Positions 39,274-50,977 of a stretch of DNA of 61,345 nucleotides are shown here, in pieces. The stretch lies in the sequence record DRR378314_471. The stretch is one strand, 5' to 3'. Positions within the stretch are counted from its first letter, which is position 1. Each line of letters starts with the position of its first letter. Position numbers and translations under genes: made by a program. The notes under the pieces are model-generated. The model saw only the letters and a program-made list of their open reading frames with translations, did no database searches and was not told the origin of the DNA.

Positions 39274-39297
39274 GCCTCGGCATGTTCAGGAGCAAGC

Positions 39298-40020
39298 ATG
39301 GCTGGCAAGGAAAGCGACAGAGACAAAGCACGACGCCTGGAAAGCATGCTTATGGACGCCATGCACGCCATGAAGTCCATGGAAACCATGGACGAGGCCG
39401 GGCACACTGCCGATCAGCAGGCTCTACGAGAACCTGACTCCATCGTTACCCGCATTGCCGGCCTGACCGGTTCGGCTTTGCGTTTTGCCGCTCGATCAAC
39501 TGACACCTCCCTGAAAGTGGGCCGTGCGTTGATGAACTCTCAGGACCAACTGCGCATGATGCTGGTCGCCGGCAACTCCCTGAGGGATATCCGCGAGGTG
39601 GCGGGCCTGACTCTGTCGGAGATGAGCGAAGCATTGAATCTGAAGGACAAATCGGTGCTGGAGGCCATAGAGAACGGCACCGCCACCCTCTCCTTTGAGC
39701 TGATATTGCGCCTGGCAGCGCTGATCGCCCGCAACGACCCGATCCCGTTCATACTTCGCACAACACGTAATTATAATCCGGAAGTCTGGCAGATTCTGAA
39801 TGACTGGGGTGTTGGTCGTCTGCCACTGCAATTCGAGCGGGAACGCCAGTTCATCAACATTTTCCGTAGCCACGACGACGCCCGCACGCTTTCTGACGAG
39901 GGATTCGCGAAAGTACTCGAGTTCACCCGCCAAAGCTTCGAAATGTCACTGCATTTTATCGAAGAACAGGAGCGGGAGATGACCGCCTTGCGCGAATCCA
40001 AGGATGACTCAGTCGAATAG
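39298..40020 (+). CDS. XRE-family HTH domain protein
   Basis: Central [19 protein letters not shown]...AIENG HTH. Confidence 0.7.
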   Translation: MAGKESDRDKARRLESMLMDAMHAMKSMETMDEAGHTADQQALREPDSIVTRIAGLTGSALRFAARSTDTSLKVGRALMNSQDQLRMMLVAGNSLRDIREVAGLTLSEMSEALNLKDKSVLEAIENGTATLSFELILRLAALIARNDPIPFILRTTRNYNPEVWQILNDWGVGRLPLQFERERQFINIFRSHDDARTLSDEGFAKVLEFTRQSFEMSLHFIEEQEREMTALRESKDDSVE

Positions 40021-41073
40021 GGTCTTCATCCCGGTCAGATTCGGCGTACTGACAACCCCCTTCTCGGTGACAATCACATCAATCAGGCTTGCCGGGGTTA
40101 CATCAAATACCGGATTAAACGCTCTGACTCCAGCGGGCGCGATTGGCACCCCTCGAAGCTGCCTCAACTCCGAACCTTCACGCTCTTCAATGGGAATATC
40201 CTGGCCCGAACTGAGTGCCATATCCACTGTGCTGGACGGCGCCACCACCATGAAGCCGACCTTATGATGCCGCGCCAGCACGGCGAGGCTGTAGGTGCCG
40301 ATCTTGTTGGCCACATCGCCATTGGCCGTGATCCGGTCTGCGCCAACAATGACCCAACGAACGTTGCCCGCCGCAAGAATGGATGCCGCTGCTCCATCCG
40401 CGTTGAGCATTACGGGGATGCCGTCCCGGGACAGTTCCCAGGCGGTCAAGCGGCTGCCCTGAAGCCAGGGCCGGGTCTCATCGGCGAACACATCCTTCAA
40501 CAGTTTTTTCTCGTGCAGCCGCCGGATGACACCCAGCGCCGTTCCATAACCACCCGTGGCAAGCGCCCCGGTATTGCAGTGAGTAAGCACGGAAAACGGC
40601 TTGCTGGCATCCATGTGAGCCAACGCGTAATCCGCCATTGCCAGATTGGCGGACAGGTCGTCCTCGTGAATGTGTACCGCCGTTTCCGCAAGACGCTTAA
40701 CGGCCTCGTCCAGGGAATGGCATTCTGAGAACACTTGCTCCATTTTCTGTAACGCCCAGAAAAGGTTCACCGCGGTTGGCCGCGAAGCGGCCAATTCTCG
40801 AATCGCCTGTTTGATCTCGGCTTTCCAGTCGCCACCACCAGCATGGCGGGCAGCCAGGGCAACCCCATAGGCGGCGCTGATCCCAATAGCCGGCGCGCCA
40901 CGCACCACCATATCCCGGATGCACTGGGCTACGCCGGAGGCGCCCTCCAGGGTAATCCAGTGCTCCTCGTCTGGCAGCAGCCGCTGATCCAGCAGCTCAA
41001 GGCTGCCGCCATGCCAACGCATCGCCACGGTTCCAATGGAACGCTCACCGGCTGCAACAGGGGTTTGACTCAT
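40009..41073 (-). CDS. mtnA: S-methyl-5-thioribose-1-phosphate isomerase
   Basis: [49 protein letters not shown] and FDVTP. Confidence 0.95.
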   Translation of the reverse strand: MSQTPVAAGERSIGTVAMRWHGGSLELLDQRLLPDEEHWITLEGASGVAQCIRDMVVRGAPAIGISAAYGVALAARHAGGGDWKAEIKQAIRELAASRPTAVNLFWALQKMEQVFSECHSLDEAVKRLAETAVHIHEDDLSANLAMADYALAHMDASKPFSVLTHCNTGALATGGYGTALGVIRRLHEKKLLKDVFADETRPWLQGSRLTAWELSRDGIPVMLNADGAAASILAAGNVRWVIVGADRITANGDVANKIGTYSLAVLARHHKVGFMVVAPSSTVDMALSSGQDIPIEEREGSELRQLRGVPIAPAGVRAFNPVFDVTPASLIDVIVTEKGVVSTPNLTGMKTLFD

Positions 41074-41248
41074 TGATGGGCTCCCGAAAGGTGGCAAAAC
41101 CGCAGTATACCTGTGGGCAACGCACCTGTGTAAGTGCTGGAAACTCTGCTGCCAGGGTAGTTCTCGGCCGGGCCGGTCGCTATACTTTCGGGCTACATTC
41201 CCAGGCAGCCCGAACGCGCTTCAGGTTGTAGGCACAAAGGCAGGGTCA

Positions 41249-42589
41249 ATGACGGCAGACACCATTACCGCAGCGGACATTCGCATCAACGCACGCTGGC
41301 TGATTCCCATCGAACCGGCCGATGTGGTTCTCGATCACCAGGCGGTACTCATCCAGGGCGATCGGATTGCCGCTATTGTCACGCAGGCGGAAGCGGATAC
41401 CCACTTTCGTGCCAAGGAAACCATCGACCTTCCAAACCATGTGGTGTTACCTGGCCTCATCAATATGCACGGCCACGCCGCCATGTCACTGTTCCGTGGC
41501 ATGGCCGATGATCTCCCCCTGATGACCTGGCTGAATGACCACATCTGGCCTGCGGAAGGCACGTTTGTCAGCGAGGCGTTCATTGCGGATGGCACCCAGC
41601 TTGCCATGGCCGAAATGCTGCGCACAGGCACGACCACGTTTTCCGATATGTACTTTTTCCCGGAAATCGTAGCCCAACTGGCCCATGATGCCGGCATGCG
41701 CGCCCAAATCTGCTTTCCGCTGCTGGACTTCCCCACGCCCTGGGGAAGCGGGCCAGACGAATACCTGTCCAAAGGTGAGGCCTTCATAGCCCAGTGGCGG
41801 AACAACGCCTTCATCATGCCCGCCATCGGCCCACATGCGCCCTACACTGTGTCCGATGAGCCCCTGGAAAAGGCCGTTGCGCTGTCCCGGGAAACCGGTG
41901 CACGTATCCAGATCCACCTGCATGAAACCGCCTTTGAAGTGGCGGACGCCGTGGAAAAAACCGGAAAACGGCCCACCCAGCGTCTGGCCGAGCTGGAGAT
42001 GCTTGGGCCCGGGACACAGTGCGTGCATATGACCCAGATCGACGATTCCGATCTGACGTTGCTCAAGGACACCGGGGCCCACATTATCCACTGTCCGGAG
42101 TCCAACCTGAAGCTGGCCAGTGGTCTGAGCCCAGTGCAGACATTCCGCAACGCCGGGGTCAATGTCGCCATTGGCACGGACGGCGCGGCCAGCAACAATG
42201 ACCTTGATCTGTTTGGCGAGCTGAACACCGCCGCGATGCTGGCCAAGGTGGTGGCGGAGGACGCGTCTGCCCTGTCCGCGCACGAGGCGCTGGCCATGGC
42301 CACCCTGCAGGGGGCGAAAGCACTTGGCCGAGACCATGATCTGGGGTCGCTGACCGCCGGCAAACTGGCCGACATCATCGCCGTGGATCTCAGCGATCCA
42401 TTCCTGCAGCCCGTGTATGACCCCGCGTCACACCTTGTCTACAGCAACCACGGCCGCCAGGTAAGCCATAGTTGGATCAATGGCGTACCTCAGGTACAGG
42501 ATGGCAAACTCACCCGTATCGACGTACCAGACCTGATGCTTCGCGTTCAGGGCTGGGCGGACCGTATTCGCAAACAGCAATCCAATTAA
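41249..42589 (+). CDS. mtaD: Methylthioadenosine/SAH deaminase (TRZ/ATZ amidohydrolase)
   Basis: HGH metal motif, [25 protein letters not shown] and GTDGAASNN. Confidence 0.85.
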   Translation: MTADTITAADIRINARWLIPIEPADVVLDHQAVLIQGDRIAAIVTQAEADTHFRAKETIDLPNHVVLPGLINMHGHAAMSLFRGMADDLPLMTWLNDHIWPAEGTFVSEAFIADGTQLAMAEMLRTGTTTFSDMYFFPEIVAQLAHDAGMRAQICFPLLDFPTPWGSGPDEYLSKGEAFIAQWRNNAFIMPAIGPHAPYTVSDEPLEKAVALSRETGARIQIHLHETAFEVADAVEKTGKRPTQRLAELEMLGPGTQCVHMTQIDDSDLTLLKDTGAHIIHCPESNLKLASGLSPVQTFRNAGVNVAIGTDGAASNNDLDLFGELNTAAMLAKVVAEDASALSAHEALAMATLQGAKALGRDHDLGSLTAGKLADIIAVDLSDPFLQPVYDPASHLVYSNHGRQVSHSWINGVPQVQDGKLTRIDVPDLMLRVQGWADRIRKQQSN

Positions 42590-42623
42590 TGCCCACTATT
42601 TCAGCGACCAGGCAGAACGGAAC

Positions 42624-43352
42624 ATGAGCAACCACAACGTAGACCAGAATGAAATCGCCAAGTTCGAGGCCCTGGCCAGCCGCTGGTGGGACCCCACCAG
42701 CGAGTTTCGGCCCTTGCACGACATTAACCCCCTGCGCCTCAATTATATTGACGAGCGTGCCCCGCTGGCCGGCAAGCGTGTTCTGGACGTCGGCTGCGGG
42801 GGTGGACTGCTCTCCGAAGGCATGGCTCAACGAGGCGCACATGTCACCGGCATCGATATGGGGGAAGCACCGTTGTCTGTGGCAAGACTCCATGGCATGG
42901 AGAGCGGCATCGAAGTGGACTACCGCCAGATCACCGTTGAAGAATTGGCGCAGGACCCCGAACACGCCGGCCAGTACGATGTGGTGACTTGCCTGGAAAT
43001 GCTTGAGCACGTGCCCGACCCGGCTTCCGTCATCAGCGCTTGTGCAGCCATGCTCAAACCCGGAGGACACCTGTTCGTGTCCACCATCAACCGCAACCCC
43101 AAGTCGTTCCTGTTTGCCATCGTCGGTGCGGAATATGTGTTAGGGCTACTGCCAAAGGGTACCCACGAATGGCGAAAGTTTATCCGACCCTCCGAAATGT
43201 CGGATCATTTGCGCCACGCCGGCCTGGAGATTCGTGATCTCACGGGTATGACCTACAACCCGGTTACCAAAGTCTATCGACTCGGCCGGGATGTGGACGT
43301 GAACTATATGATGCACGCCCTGGACACCCGTGAGGACAACACTCAATCGTGA
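42624..43352 (+). CDS. ubiG: Ubiquinone biosynthesis O-methyltransferase
   Basis: [26 protein letters not shown] and [11 protein letters not shown]. Confidence 0.96.
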   Translation: MSNHNVDQNEIAKFEALASRWWDPTSEFRPLHDINPLRLNYIDERAPLAGKRVLDVGCGGGLLSEGMAQRGAHVTGIDMGEAPLSVARLHGMESGIEVDYRQITVEELAQDPEHAGQYDVVTCLEMLEHVPDPASVISACAAMLKPGGHLFVSTINRNPKSFLFAIVGAEYVLGLLPKGTHEWRKFIRPSEMSDHLRHAGLEIRDLTGMTYNPVTKVYRLGRDVDVNYMMHALDTREDNTQS

Positions 43353-44020
43353 CTGAATCTGACTGCAAACGGCCCTCTACTGTCCTGTTTGATCTCGACG
43401 GAACGTTGATTGATACGGCGCCGGATTTCATTCGCTGCCTCAACGAACTGCGGCAGAGCCATGGTCTCCCGGCATTGCCAGCCCCCCACATACGGCGCTC
43501 TGTCTCCAACGGGGCCCGCGCCATGATTCAGCTGGGATTTGGCCTTGAGCCGGACCATCCGGACTATCTCGAGAAACACACCGCGTTTCTCGACCTTTAC
43601 GAAGCCGGTGTTGCTGTGGAAACCACCCTGTTTGACGGTATGGATACCCTCCTGAAGGGACTTGAGGCGAGAAATATCCCCTGGGGAATCGTCACCAACA
43701 AGCCGGTTCGGTTTGCCGCGCCGTTGGTGGAGGCGCTGGGTCTTGCAGACCGATGTGCCGTCGTCATCTGCCCTGACCATGTGACTCACCGCAAACCGCA
43801 CCCCGAGGCCCTGATTCTTGCCTGCAGGGACGTCGGTGCCGACCCCCGCACTGGCATCTACGTGGGTGATCATGAGCGTGATATCGAAGCCGGACGCAAC
43901 GCCGGCATGAAAACCATTGCGGTTCGTTACGGTTATATCGAACAGCCAGAAACCGTTGACCTCTGGCAAGCTGACCTCATTGCAGACACCGTCGGCGACC
44001 TGGCAAAACTGTTACAATAG
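43349..44020 (+). CDS. mupP: HAD phosphatase (MupP / phosphoglycolate phosphatase-like)
   Basis: [20 protein letters not shown] and YVGDHERDI; follows ubiG as in pseudomonads. Confidence 0.75.
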   Translation: MTESDCKRPSTVLFDLDGTLIDTAPDFIRCLNELRQSHGLPALPAPHIRRSVSNGARAMIQLGFGLEPDHPDYLEKHTAFLDLYEAGVAVETTLFDGMDTLLKGLEARNIPWGIVTNKPVRFAAPLVEALGLADRCAVVICPDHVTHRKPHPEALILACRDVGADPRTGIYVGDHERDIEAGRNAGMKTIAVRYGYIEQPETVDLWQADLIADTVGDLAKLLQ

Positions 44021-44066
44021 CGCCCCTGTCAGCACGATTTCAGTATTTCCAACATGGAGACTCAAT

Positions 44067-44816
44067 ATGCAGGACTACCAAGCACCGGCCGACTTACTGA
44101 AAGAACGCATCATCATGGTGACCGGTGCCGGCAGCGGGATAGGAAGAGCTGCGGCAAAGGCCTATGCCGCCCACGGCGCCACGGTTATTCTTGTTGGCCG
44201 CACCGTCGCCAAGCTGGAATCCGTTTACGATGAAATCGAAGCGGCGGGCCACCCCAAGCCCGCCATCGTACCGCTGAACTTCGAAGGGGCTGCCGTCAAG
44301 GAATACGAAGAGCTGGCGATGACCATTGAAGACAACTTCGACCGCATCGACGGCCTGCTTCACAACGCCGCCATCCTGGGTACCCGCAGCCCGATCGAAC
44401 TGTACGATCCGGAAATCTGGAACAAGGTCATGCATGTGAACGCCACGGCGCCCTTCCTGCTGAGCCGGGCCATGATTCCACTGCTGCGCAAGTCCGATGA
44501 TGCCTCCATCATCTTTACGTCTTCCGGCGTCGGTCGCCGTGCCAAGCCGTACTGGGGAGCCTACGCGGTTTCGAAATTCGCCATCGAAGGCCTGAGCCAG
44601 ATGTTGGCGGAAGAACTCGATGACGACCGGCACAATGTCCGCGTGAACAGTCTTAATCCCGGCGCCACCCGTACCAATATGAGAGCCACCGCGTACCCGG
44701 CTGAAAATCCGGACCAGAACCCGACACCGGAAGAACTGATGCCGGTGTATCTGTATCTGATGGGACGGGACAGCCACGACGTGAATGGCCAACAGATAGA
44801 CGCACAGCCCAAGTAA
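44067..44816 (+). CDS. yciK: YciK-family short-chain oxidoreductase
   Basis: TGAGSGIG, YWGAYAVSK and NPGATRTNMRATAYPAE. Confidence 0.88.
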   Translation: MQDYQAPADLLKERIIMVTGAGSGIGRAAAKAYAAHGATVILVGRTVAKLESVYDEIEAAGHPKPAIVPLNFEGAAVKEYEELAMTIEDNFDRIDGLLHNAAILGTRSPIELYDPEIWNKVMHVNATAPFLLSRAMIPLLRKSDDASIIFTSSGVGRRAKPYWGAYAVSKFAIEGLSQMLAEELDDDRHNVRVNSLNPGATRTNMRATAYPAENPDQNPTPEELMPVYLYLMGRDSHDVNGQQIDAQPK

Positions 44817-45049
44817 TGGAACTGATTTTCTACACCACGTCCCAGTGCCACCTGTGCGAGCTGGCAGAAGCTCTGTTGGTCAGCACGCCCATGCCAGAAC
44901 CGGTTCCCGTGGATGCCGTGGACATTGCCCAGTCCGAACAACTGGTGGAACGCTACGGCACCCGAATTCCAGTGTTGCGCCGTAACGACACCGGCGAGGA
45001 GTTGGACTGGCCATTCACCAGGGACCAGTTAATGAATTTTCTTCGATGA
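44816..45049 (+). CDS. Glutaredoxin-like (DUF836) protein
   Basis: CHLC, YGTRIPVL and ELDWPF. Confidence 0.85.
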   Translation: MELIFYTTSQCHLCELAEALLVSTPMPEPVPVDAVDIAQSEQLVERYGTRIPVLRRNDTGEELDWPFTRDQLMNFLR

Positions 45050-45061
45050 GGACAGCCCGAC

Positions 45062-45832
45062 ATGTTGATGGTGATATCCCCCGCCAAGACACTGGACTAC
45101 GAAAGCCCGCTGGCAACCCGGAAAGCCACCCAACCTGACTTTCTGGACGATGCCTGCGAACTGGTTGACCAACTGAAAGACCTGGAACCCCATGACATCA
45201 GCAACCTGATGAGCATCAGCGACAAGCTTGGCCAGCTTAACGCCGAGCGCTTTCGCACCTGGCATACCCCCTTCACACCGGAGAACGCCCGCCAGGCCAT
45301 TCTCGCGTTCAAGGGCGACGTCTACACCGGGCTGGACGCCGAAAGCTTCAGTGAGAACGAGTTCGAGGTCGCCCAAAAACGACTGAGAATCCTGTCCGGC
45401 CTCTACGGAGTGCTCAAGCCGCTGGACCTGATGCAGCCTTATCGCCTGGAAATGGGTACCAAATTCGAGAACCGCCGGGGCAAAAATCTGTACGCCTTCT
45501 GGGGCAACAAGGTGACCGACGAGTTGAACCGGCTACTGAAGGCTGATGATGGGGTGCTGGTAAACCTGGCCTCCAACGAATACTTCAAGAGCGTTCGCAA
45601 GAGGGATCTCGACGGCCGCCTGGTGACCCCTCAGTTCAAGGACTGGAAAAACGGCCAATACAAGATGATCAGTTTCTACGCCAAAAAGGCCCGGGGCCTG
45701 ATGTGTCGCTACGCCATCCAGAATAACATCACTCAGGCCAACGACCTGAAAGGCTTTGACCTTGAAGGTTACCGGTTCAGCGAAGAGCAGTCCGATGCGG
45801 ATAACTGGGTATTCCTTCGGGATAAACCATAA
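45062..45832 (+). CDS. yaaA: Peroxide stress protein YaaA
   Basis: [28 protein letters not shown] and KKARG. Confidence 0.95.
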   Translation: MLMVISPAKTLDYESPLATRKATQPDFLDDACELVDQLKDLEPHDISNLMSISDKLGQLNAERFRTWHTPFTPENARQAILAFKGDVYTGLDAESFSENEFEVAQKRLRILSGLYGVLKPLDLMQPYRLEMGTKFENRRGKNLYAFWGNKVTDELNRLLKADDGVLVNLASNEYFKSVRKRDLDGRLVTPQFKDWKNGQYKMISFYAKKARGLMCRYAIQNNITQANDLKGFDLEGYRFSEEQSDADNWVFLRDKP

Positions 45833-45858
45833 ATCGTTCACTGAATCCGGAGACATGA

Positions 45859-46059
45859 ATGAGTGAAGCCGTTTTTTCCCAGCTTGCCATGCTGGTCTTT
45901 CTCACTGGCCTGATTGTCTGGATGGGATTTATCGTATGGGACCTGGCCAAGAAATCCCAGGCTGGCCGGTTCGGCACCATCGTTTTGTTCACTATCCTCG
46001 GCGCCGGCGTGGTGGGGTTCATCATCAAGACCGTGCTGGTGGAAATCATGCAGCTCTGA
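45859..46059 (+). CDS. Small two-TM membrane protein (DUF2788-like)
   Basis: FIVWDLAKKSQAGRFGT; GGAG SD. Confidence 0.8.
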   Translation: MSEAVFSQLAMLVFLTGLIVWMGFIVWDLAKKSQAGRFGTIVLFTILGAGVVGFIIKTVLVEIMQL

Positions 46060-46176
46060 GCTGCCCTCACGAGAGGTTTTCAGCATTGTCACTTTACGGC
46101 CACGGACCCGTGGCCGTATCATCCCCACCCTTTTCAGGCTGTCACCATCACCGAATAACCAACAAGGATCCGGACC

Positions 46177-47106
46177 ATGTGGTTTCGTAATGCCCGCGTA
46201 TTCCGTTTTACCAAGCCATTCGAGATAACCGCTGAAGCCCTGGAAGAAAAGCTCCAGGCAGACGCCTTCAAGCCCTGTGGTCCCCAGGAAACCTCACGCC
46301 AGGGCTGGGTATCGCCTATGGGCAAGCACAGTGACCTGCTGGTCCACAGTGCCGGCGGTTGCCATCTGATCGCTCTGCGCAAGGAAGAGAAGCTGCTGCC
46401 CGCCTCCGTTATCAAGGAACTGGTTGACGAGAAAGCGGAAGTGATCGAAGCGGAACAGCACCGAAAGGTGCGGCGCAAGGAAAAAGACGAACTGAAAGAA
46501 GAAGTGATGCTGGAAATGCTCCCCCGGGCATTCTCCAAAAACCGTCGCTGCTACGCCTACCTGGCGCCGGCAGACGGTGTACTGATTGTCGACGCCGGTT
46601 CCTCCAAACAGGCGGAAGACCTGGCCTCAACCCTTCGCAAGAGCCTTGGGTCCCTGCCGGTTCGTCCACCCGCCGTTGAACAGGCGCCTGCCTTCACGTT
46701 CACCGGCTGGCTCAACGAGTCGATCGACCTGCCCGCCAGCATCGAGTTGGGTACCGAATGCGAGCTCAAAGACACGTCAGAAGATGGTGGTGTCGTTCGC
46801 TGTAAGGGCCTGGACCTTCAGGGCGATGAAATCCGAAGCCACCTGGATGCCGGCATGCAGGTGACCAAGTTGTCGGTCACCTGGGACGACAACCTGTCCT
46901 TTGTGTTGGACGAAGAGCTCGGCATTCGTCGCCTGAAATTCGGCGACACCCTCCAGGAAAAGCTCGACGATGTGGATGCTGACGATGCCGCAGCAAGGTT
47001 CGACGCCGCGTTTTCATTGATGACCCTGGAGTTGGCCAGGCTGATTCCGGGCCTGCTGGAAGCACTGGGTGGTGAGGACCGCTCTGCCATTGTGGAAGAG
47101 AGCTGA
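46177..47106 (+). CDS. rdgC: Recombination-associated protein RdgC
   Basis: MWFRN, GWVSP, EEKLLPASVI, LPRAF and LRKSLGSLP. Confidence 0.95.
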   Translation: MWFRNARVFRFTKPFEITAEALEEKLQADAFKPCGPQETSRQGWVSPMGKHSDLLVHSAGGCHLIALRKEEKLLPASVIKELVDEKAEVIEAEQHRKVRRKEKDELKEEVMLEMLPRAFSKNRRCYAYLAPADGVLIVDAGSSKQAEDLASTLRKSLGSLPVRPPAVEQAPAFTFTGWLNESIDLPASIELGTECELKDTSEDGGVVRCKGLDLQGDEIRSHLDAGMQVTKLSVTWDDNLSFVLDEELGIRRLKFGDTLQEKLDDVDADDAAARFDAAFSLMTLELARLIPGLLEALGGEDRSAIVEES

Positions 47107-47116
47107 TTGCAGCGGT

Positions 47117-49861
47117 TCAGTGGGAGGTCTGTTCCAGGCGCTCCCGCTGCCAATCCTTCTCCGGCTCGTTCAGTACCAGCGTGAGATCCATCACTTCCTC
47201 TTCGGGGTTGTAGTGGATCTCAAAACCCAGATGCTCGGCCAGTTGGAGCATGGGGCGGTTGTCCGGTAACACGTCACCGACCATTTCCACCGTGCCCTTG
47301 GCACGGCAATAATCGATCATCTTCTGCATCAGGGCCACACCCAGCCCCTCGCCTTTCATCCTGTCGTGCACCATGACCGCAAACTCACAGCGCAGGTTGT
47401 CGGCGTCGGTCCAGGTTCGCACCGTTCCCAGGGTTTCCTCGCCCTCGCCGTCTTCCCTTGGCGCATTGGCGATAAACACCATTTCCCGGTCATAGTCGAT
47501 CTGTACCATCTGAGCCACGTCTTCACGGGAGAAGTGCTTGCGATACTGGAAGAACCGGTAACGGATGGATTCCGGGGATTGGAGTTCATGAAACGCGCGG
47601 TGAGCCGGTTCGTCTTCCGCCAGCACCGGGCGAATAATGACGCGCCGTCCCGATTTTGGCAGCACAATCCACTCCTCCAGCTCCCTGGGATAGGGCTGGA
47701 TAATCGGTCGTCCCGGCTTGTCTGCCAGATCAATCGCCACATTAACGGCAACCGCGCCCTGATCATTGAACAACAGCGGTGAGATCTCCAGGCCACGAAT
47801 TTCCGGAATATCGATGACGATCTGGGACAGGGTTACCAGCGTTTCCGATACCGCGCGAATGTCTTCCTCGGGCTTCAGGCTGTTCTCTTTGAGCAACTTG
47901 TACATGTAAGTACGCCGCAACAGCTCCCGGGCCAACACCATGTTGAGCGGCGGCAATGCGATCTGCCGATCCGTCATCACATTGATGTGAGCGCCCGACG
48001 CCCCGCAAATAACCAGCGGCCCGAAAAGCTTATCCCGGGTGATACCCACACTGAATTCAATACCGCCAACGTGCTGATAGGAACGCTGAACTGCGAAACC
48101 CAGAAAGCCACTATCAGGGTAGTGCTTCTGGTATTCCTCCATCAGGAAGCGGCAGGAGTCCATAATCGCCCCCTCGCTGTTCAGCTTCTGGATCGTCCCC
48201 TTGTACCGACGCTGGCCGGGGCTGAGCTCTACCAGAGGGTGGCAGGCCGCTTCATGAATCAGCGTAATGTCCACCGGCCGACGCTCAACGGCAAAGGCTT
48301 CCAGCACTTCCTCCATGTCATCGCAATACATCGTCTCCACTGCGCTTATGCCATAGTCTCGGATCACATCCCGGGCCTCCTGGTTGGACAGGTGGCTACG
48401 TCCGGATCGAATGGCATTGACCACTACCCGGCGCGTTTGCGTACGGTCCGCCAGGTGATCGGTGAAAGACTCCGGTGTTTCCGTCAGAAGGCGCTGCACT
48501 CGCTGATGGCGCACGTGCTGCATAAAGGCCATCACCGCCTTTTCCGGATTGAAGAATGATGGCACACCGGCCCGGTAGAACTCGTCACGGGCATCGAGTA
48601 CCGTGCTCTGCCCCAGCCAGCAGGTAAACACATTCAAGCGTGTGCCTTTGGTTGCCTGCACCACCGCATCGGCGATCTGCAGGCTGTCCTCGGTCAGGCT
48701 GGGGGCGTACATGACCAGCACATTGGCCACTTCCGGGTCCTTGGCGAGAATCTTGATGGCTTTGGCGTAGAGCTCCGGCGACGCCGCATAACCAAGGTCT
48801 ATCGGGTTTTTTCGAGTCCAGTAGGGCGGGAGAAGGTCCGCCAGGGCATGAATCGACTTTCCGGAGAGCACCGCCAACTCGCCCCCCAGATACGCCAGCC
48901 GGTCGACCGCCAGCACGCCCGGCCCCACCCCGTTGGCCATGATCGCCAGGGTTTCCCGCCGCAGGGGGCGCATTCGCGTGAGGGTTTCCAGCGCATCGAA
49001 CATCTGCCCCAGCCCATCCACACGCAGCACACCGGCACGCTGGAGCATGGCGTCGTATATGGGGTCGCTGCGAGTCAGCCCGGCCGGCAGTTCATGGGGG
49101 AACCATTCCGATTCCGGCACGCGACCACTCTTTACGGCAATCACCGGCTTGGTGCGTGAAGCCACACGTACGGCGGACATAAAGCGGCGCGGATTGGGAA
49201 TATTTTCGATGTGCAGGAGAATCGCACGTGTCTGGGTGTCCTGGGCCAGATAGTCAATCAGGTCATCATGATCGATATCCATGCCGTCGCCCAGCGTCAG
49301 GAAGTAGGAAAAGCCCACGCCCCGGGCGAACGCCCAGTCAATCACCGAACTGGCGATGGTGCCAGACTGGCCAACAAACGCCACCTTGCCAGGAATGGCG
49401 CCCATGTGGGCGTATGTGGCGTTGAGGCTGCGGGCCGGCACCATCAGGCCGATGGTGTTGGGCCCCAGCACCCGAATGCCGGTTTCCCGGGCCGCGTCCC
49501 GCACCGAATACATCAGCGGTTGCCCAGTTTTGCTGTGGCTCCTGGACATGCCCCCGGTCATCACGATGGCCGTGCGCACGCCCGCCTCCCCGAGTCGCTT
49601 TATCATCTTTGGCACGGTATCCGGTGGCGTACAGATAATCGCAAGGTCCGGGCTGAACCCCATGCGGGACACCTTCTTGACGCAGGGCACACCATGGACG
49701 TTGTCGTAATCGTTCTGGTTAACCACCATTAGCTGGCCGGGATAACCACCGCCAAGAAGGTTCCGAAGCACCATGCCGCCCAGGTTATCCGCCCGTTCCG
49801 AGGCACCAATAACCACAATGGAAGACGGGTTGAAAAGGCTTTCCAGATAACGGGTGCTCAA
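47117..49861 (-). CDS. Pat/Pka-type protein lysine acetyltransferase (acyl-CoA synthetase-like + GNAT)
   Basis: FNPSSIVVIGAS, VLGPN, QSG and NPIDL; C-terminal GNAT IDYDREM, EFAVMV...GEGLG. Confidence 0.88.
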   Translation of the reverse strand: MSTRYLESLFNPSSIVVIGASERADNLGGMVLRNLLGGGYPGQLMVVNQNDYDNVHGVPCVKKVSRMGFSPDLAIICTPPDTVPKMIKRLGEAGVRTAIVMTGGMSRSHSKTGQPLMYSVRDAARETGIRVLGPNTIGLMVPARSLNATYAHMGAIPGKVAFVGQSGTIASSVIDWAFARGVGFSYFLTLGDGMDIDHDDLIDYLAQDTQTRAILLHIENIPNPRRFMSAVRVASRTKPVIAVKSGRVPESEWFPHELPAGLTRSDPIYDAMLQRAGVLRVDGLGQMFDALETLTRMRPLRRETLAIMANGVGPGVLAVDRLAYLGGELAVLSGKSIHALADLLPPYWTRKNPIDLGYAASPELYAKAIKILAKDPEVANVLVMYAPSLTEDSLQIADAVVQATKGTRLNVFTCWLGQSTVLDARDEFYRAGVPSFFNPEKAVMAFMQHVRHQRVQRLLTETPESFTDHLADRTQTRRVVVNAIRSGRSHLSNQEARDVIRDYGISAVETMYCDDMEEVLEAFAVERRPVDITLIHEAACHPLVELSPGQRRYKGTIQKLNSEGAIMDSCRFLMEEYQKHYPDSGFLGFAVQRSYQHVGGIEFSVGITRDKLFGPLVICGASGAHINVMTDRQIALPPLNMVLARELLRRTYMYKLLKENSLKPEEDIRAVSETLVTLSQIVIDIPEIRGLEISPLLFNDQGAVAVNVAIDLADKPGRPIIQPYPRELEEWIVLPKSGRRVIIRPVLAEDEPAHRAFHELQSPESIRYRFFQYRKHFSREDVAQMVQIDYDREMVFIANAPREDGEGEETLGTVRTWTDADNLRCEFAVMVHDRMKGEGLGVALMQKMIDYCRAKGTVEMVGDVLPDNRPMLQLAEHLGFEIHYNPEEEVMDLTLVLNEPEKDWQRERLEQTSH

Positions 49862-50033
49862 GCTTCACTCCTTGATTCGGGTCGACCGGGCTTGTGTACA
49901 CCTTATCTTAGGCGCTTGCCTGACGATGTAAAATGGCCATCACCGCTATAAGACCAAAGAAACGCAGAAAGCCCGCCCTATCCCTGATAATATTGGACAA
50001 AATACAAGCACAGCCAGAGCGTTCGGGACCAGT

Positions 50034-50960
50034 ATGACAACGGGATTCTTCTCTCACGACGACTGCATGAAACACAATATGGGGGCGGAGCATCCTGAGT
50101 GCCCGGAGCGCCTCGCGGCCATAACCAGTTTTCTGGCCGATACCGGACTGGCCCAAGAACTCGACTGGGTGAGGCCCGACGAGGCCACTCGGGACCAGTT
50201 GCTGACGGTGCACCCCGAGCGCTACCTGAATCAACTTGATCTGATGCAACCCACAAAGGGCCGGGTATACACCGACCCAGACACCGCCATGATGCCGGAT
50301 ACCCTCAGAGCCGCCCGCCTTGCCGCGGGCGCCAGCATCGAAGCGGTCGATATGGTGCTCAGCAGCCAGCTTACCAACGCGTTTGTGTGCGCCAGGCCAC
50401 CCGGGCACCACGCCGAACGCAGTAAATCCATGGGTTTCTGCTTTTACAACAACATTGCGCTGGCCGCCATGCGGGCCCTGAACTTTCACCAGTTGGAACG
50501 GGTTGCGATCATCGATTTCGACGTCCATCAGGGCAATGGCACGGTGGACATCGTCGGTGGTGATGAACGCATCCTGATGTGCTCCAGCTTCCAGCACCCG
50601 TTCTACCCGCACTCCCATGTGCATCGTCAGGCGGAGAACATCATCAATACGCCCGTACAGGCAGGCACTCCGGCAGACGAGTACCGAAAGATCGTGGAAG
50701 CGGCATGGTTAAAGCGCCTGCAGGATTTCCGACCACAGCTGGTGTTGATTTCCGCCGGTTTCGACGGCCATCGGCTGGACCCGATGGCGGAGTTGAACCT
50801 GGAAGTGGACGACTACCGCTGGTTGACGGACATGATCACCAGCGTGGCTCGCGACCATGCCAATGACAGGGTTATCTCGACGCTTGAGGGGGGTTATCAT
50901 TTGAGAGCGCTGGCCGAAAGCGTCAATGCCCACCTTGAGGTGCTCAACGCCATCCACTGA
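50034..50960 (+). CDS. Zn-dependent histone deacetylase family protein
   Basis: HPECPERL, RPPGHHA, GFCFYNN, DFDVHQGNGT, SAGFD and LEGGY. Confidence 0.92.
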   Translation: MTTGFFSHDDCMKHNMGAEHPECPERLAAITSFLADTGLAQELDWVRPDEATRDQLLTVHPERYLNQLDLMQPTKGRVYTDPDTAMMPDTLRAARLAAGASIEAVDMVLSSQLTNAFVCARPPGHHAERSKSMGFCFYNNIALAAMRALNFHQLERVAIIDFDVHQGNGTVDIVGGDERILMCSSFQHPFYPHSHVHRQAENIINTPVQAGTPADEYRKIVEAAWLKRLQDFRPQLVLISAGFDGHRLDPMAELNLEVDDYRWLTDMITSVARDHANDRVISTLEGGYHLRALAESVNAHLEVLNAIH

Positions 50961-50977
50961 GGTTGCCACATGCAGCA

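Noticed and set aside
40009-44816. mtnA-mtaD-ubiG-mupP-yciK as a novel cluster
   Set aside because: Well-known conserved arrangement in pseudomonad-related genomes.
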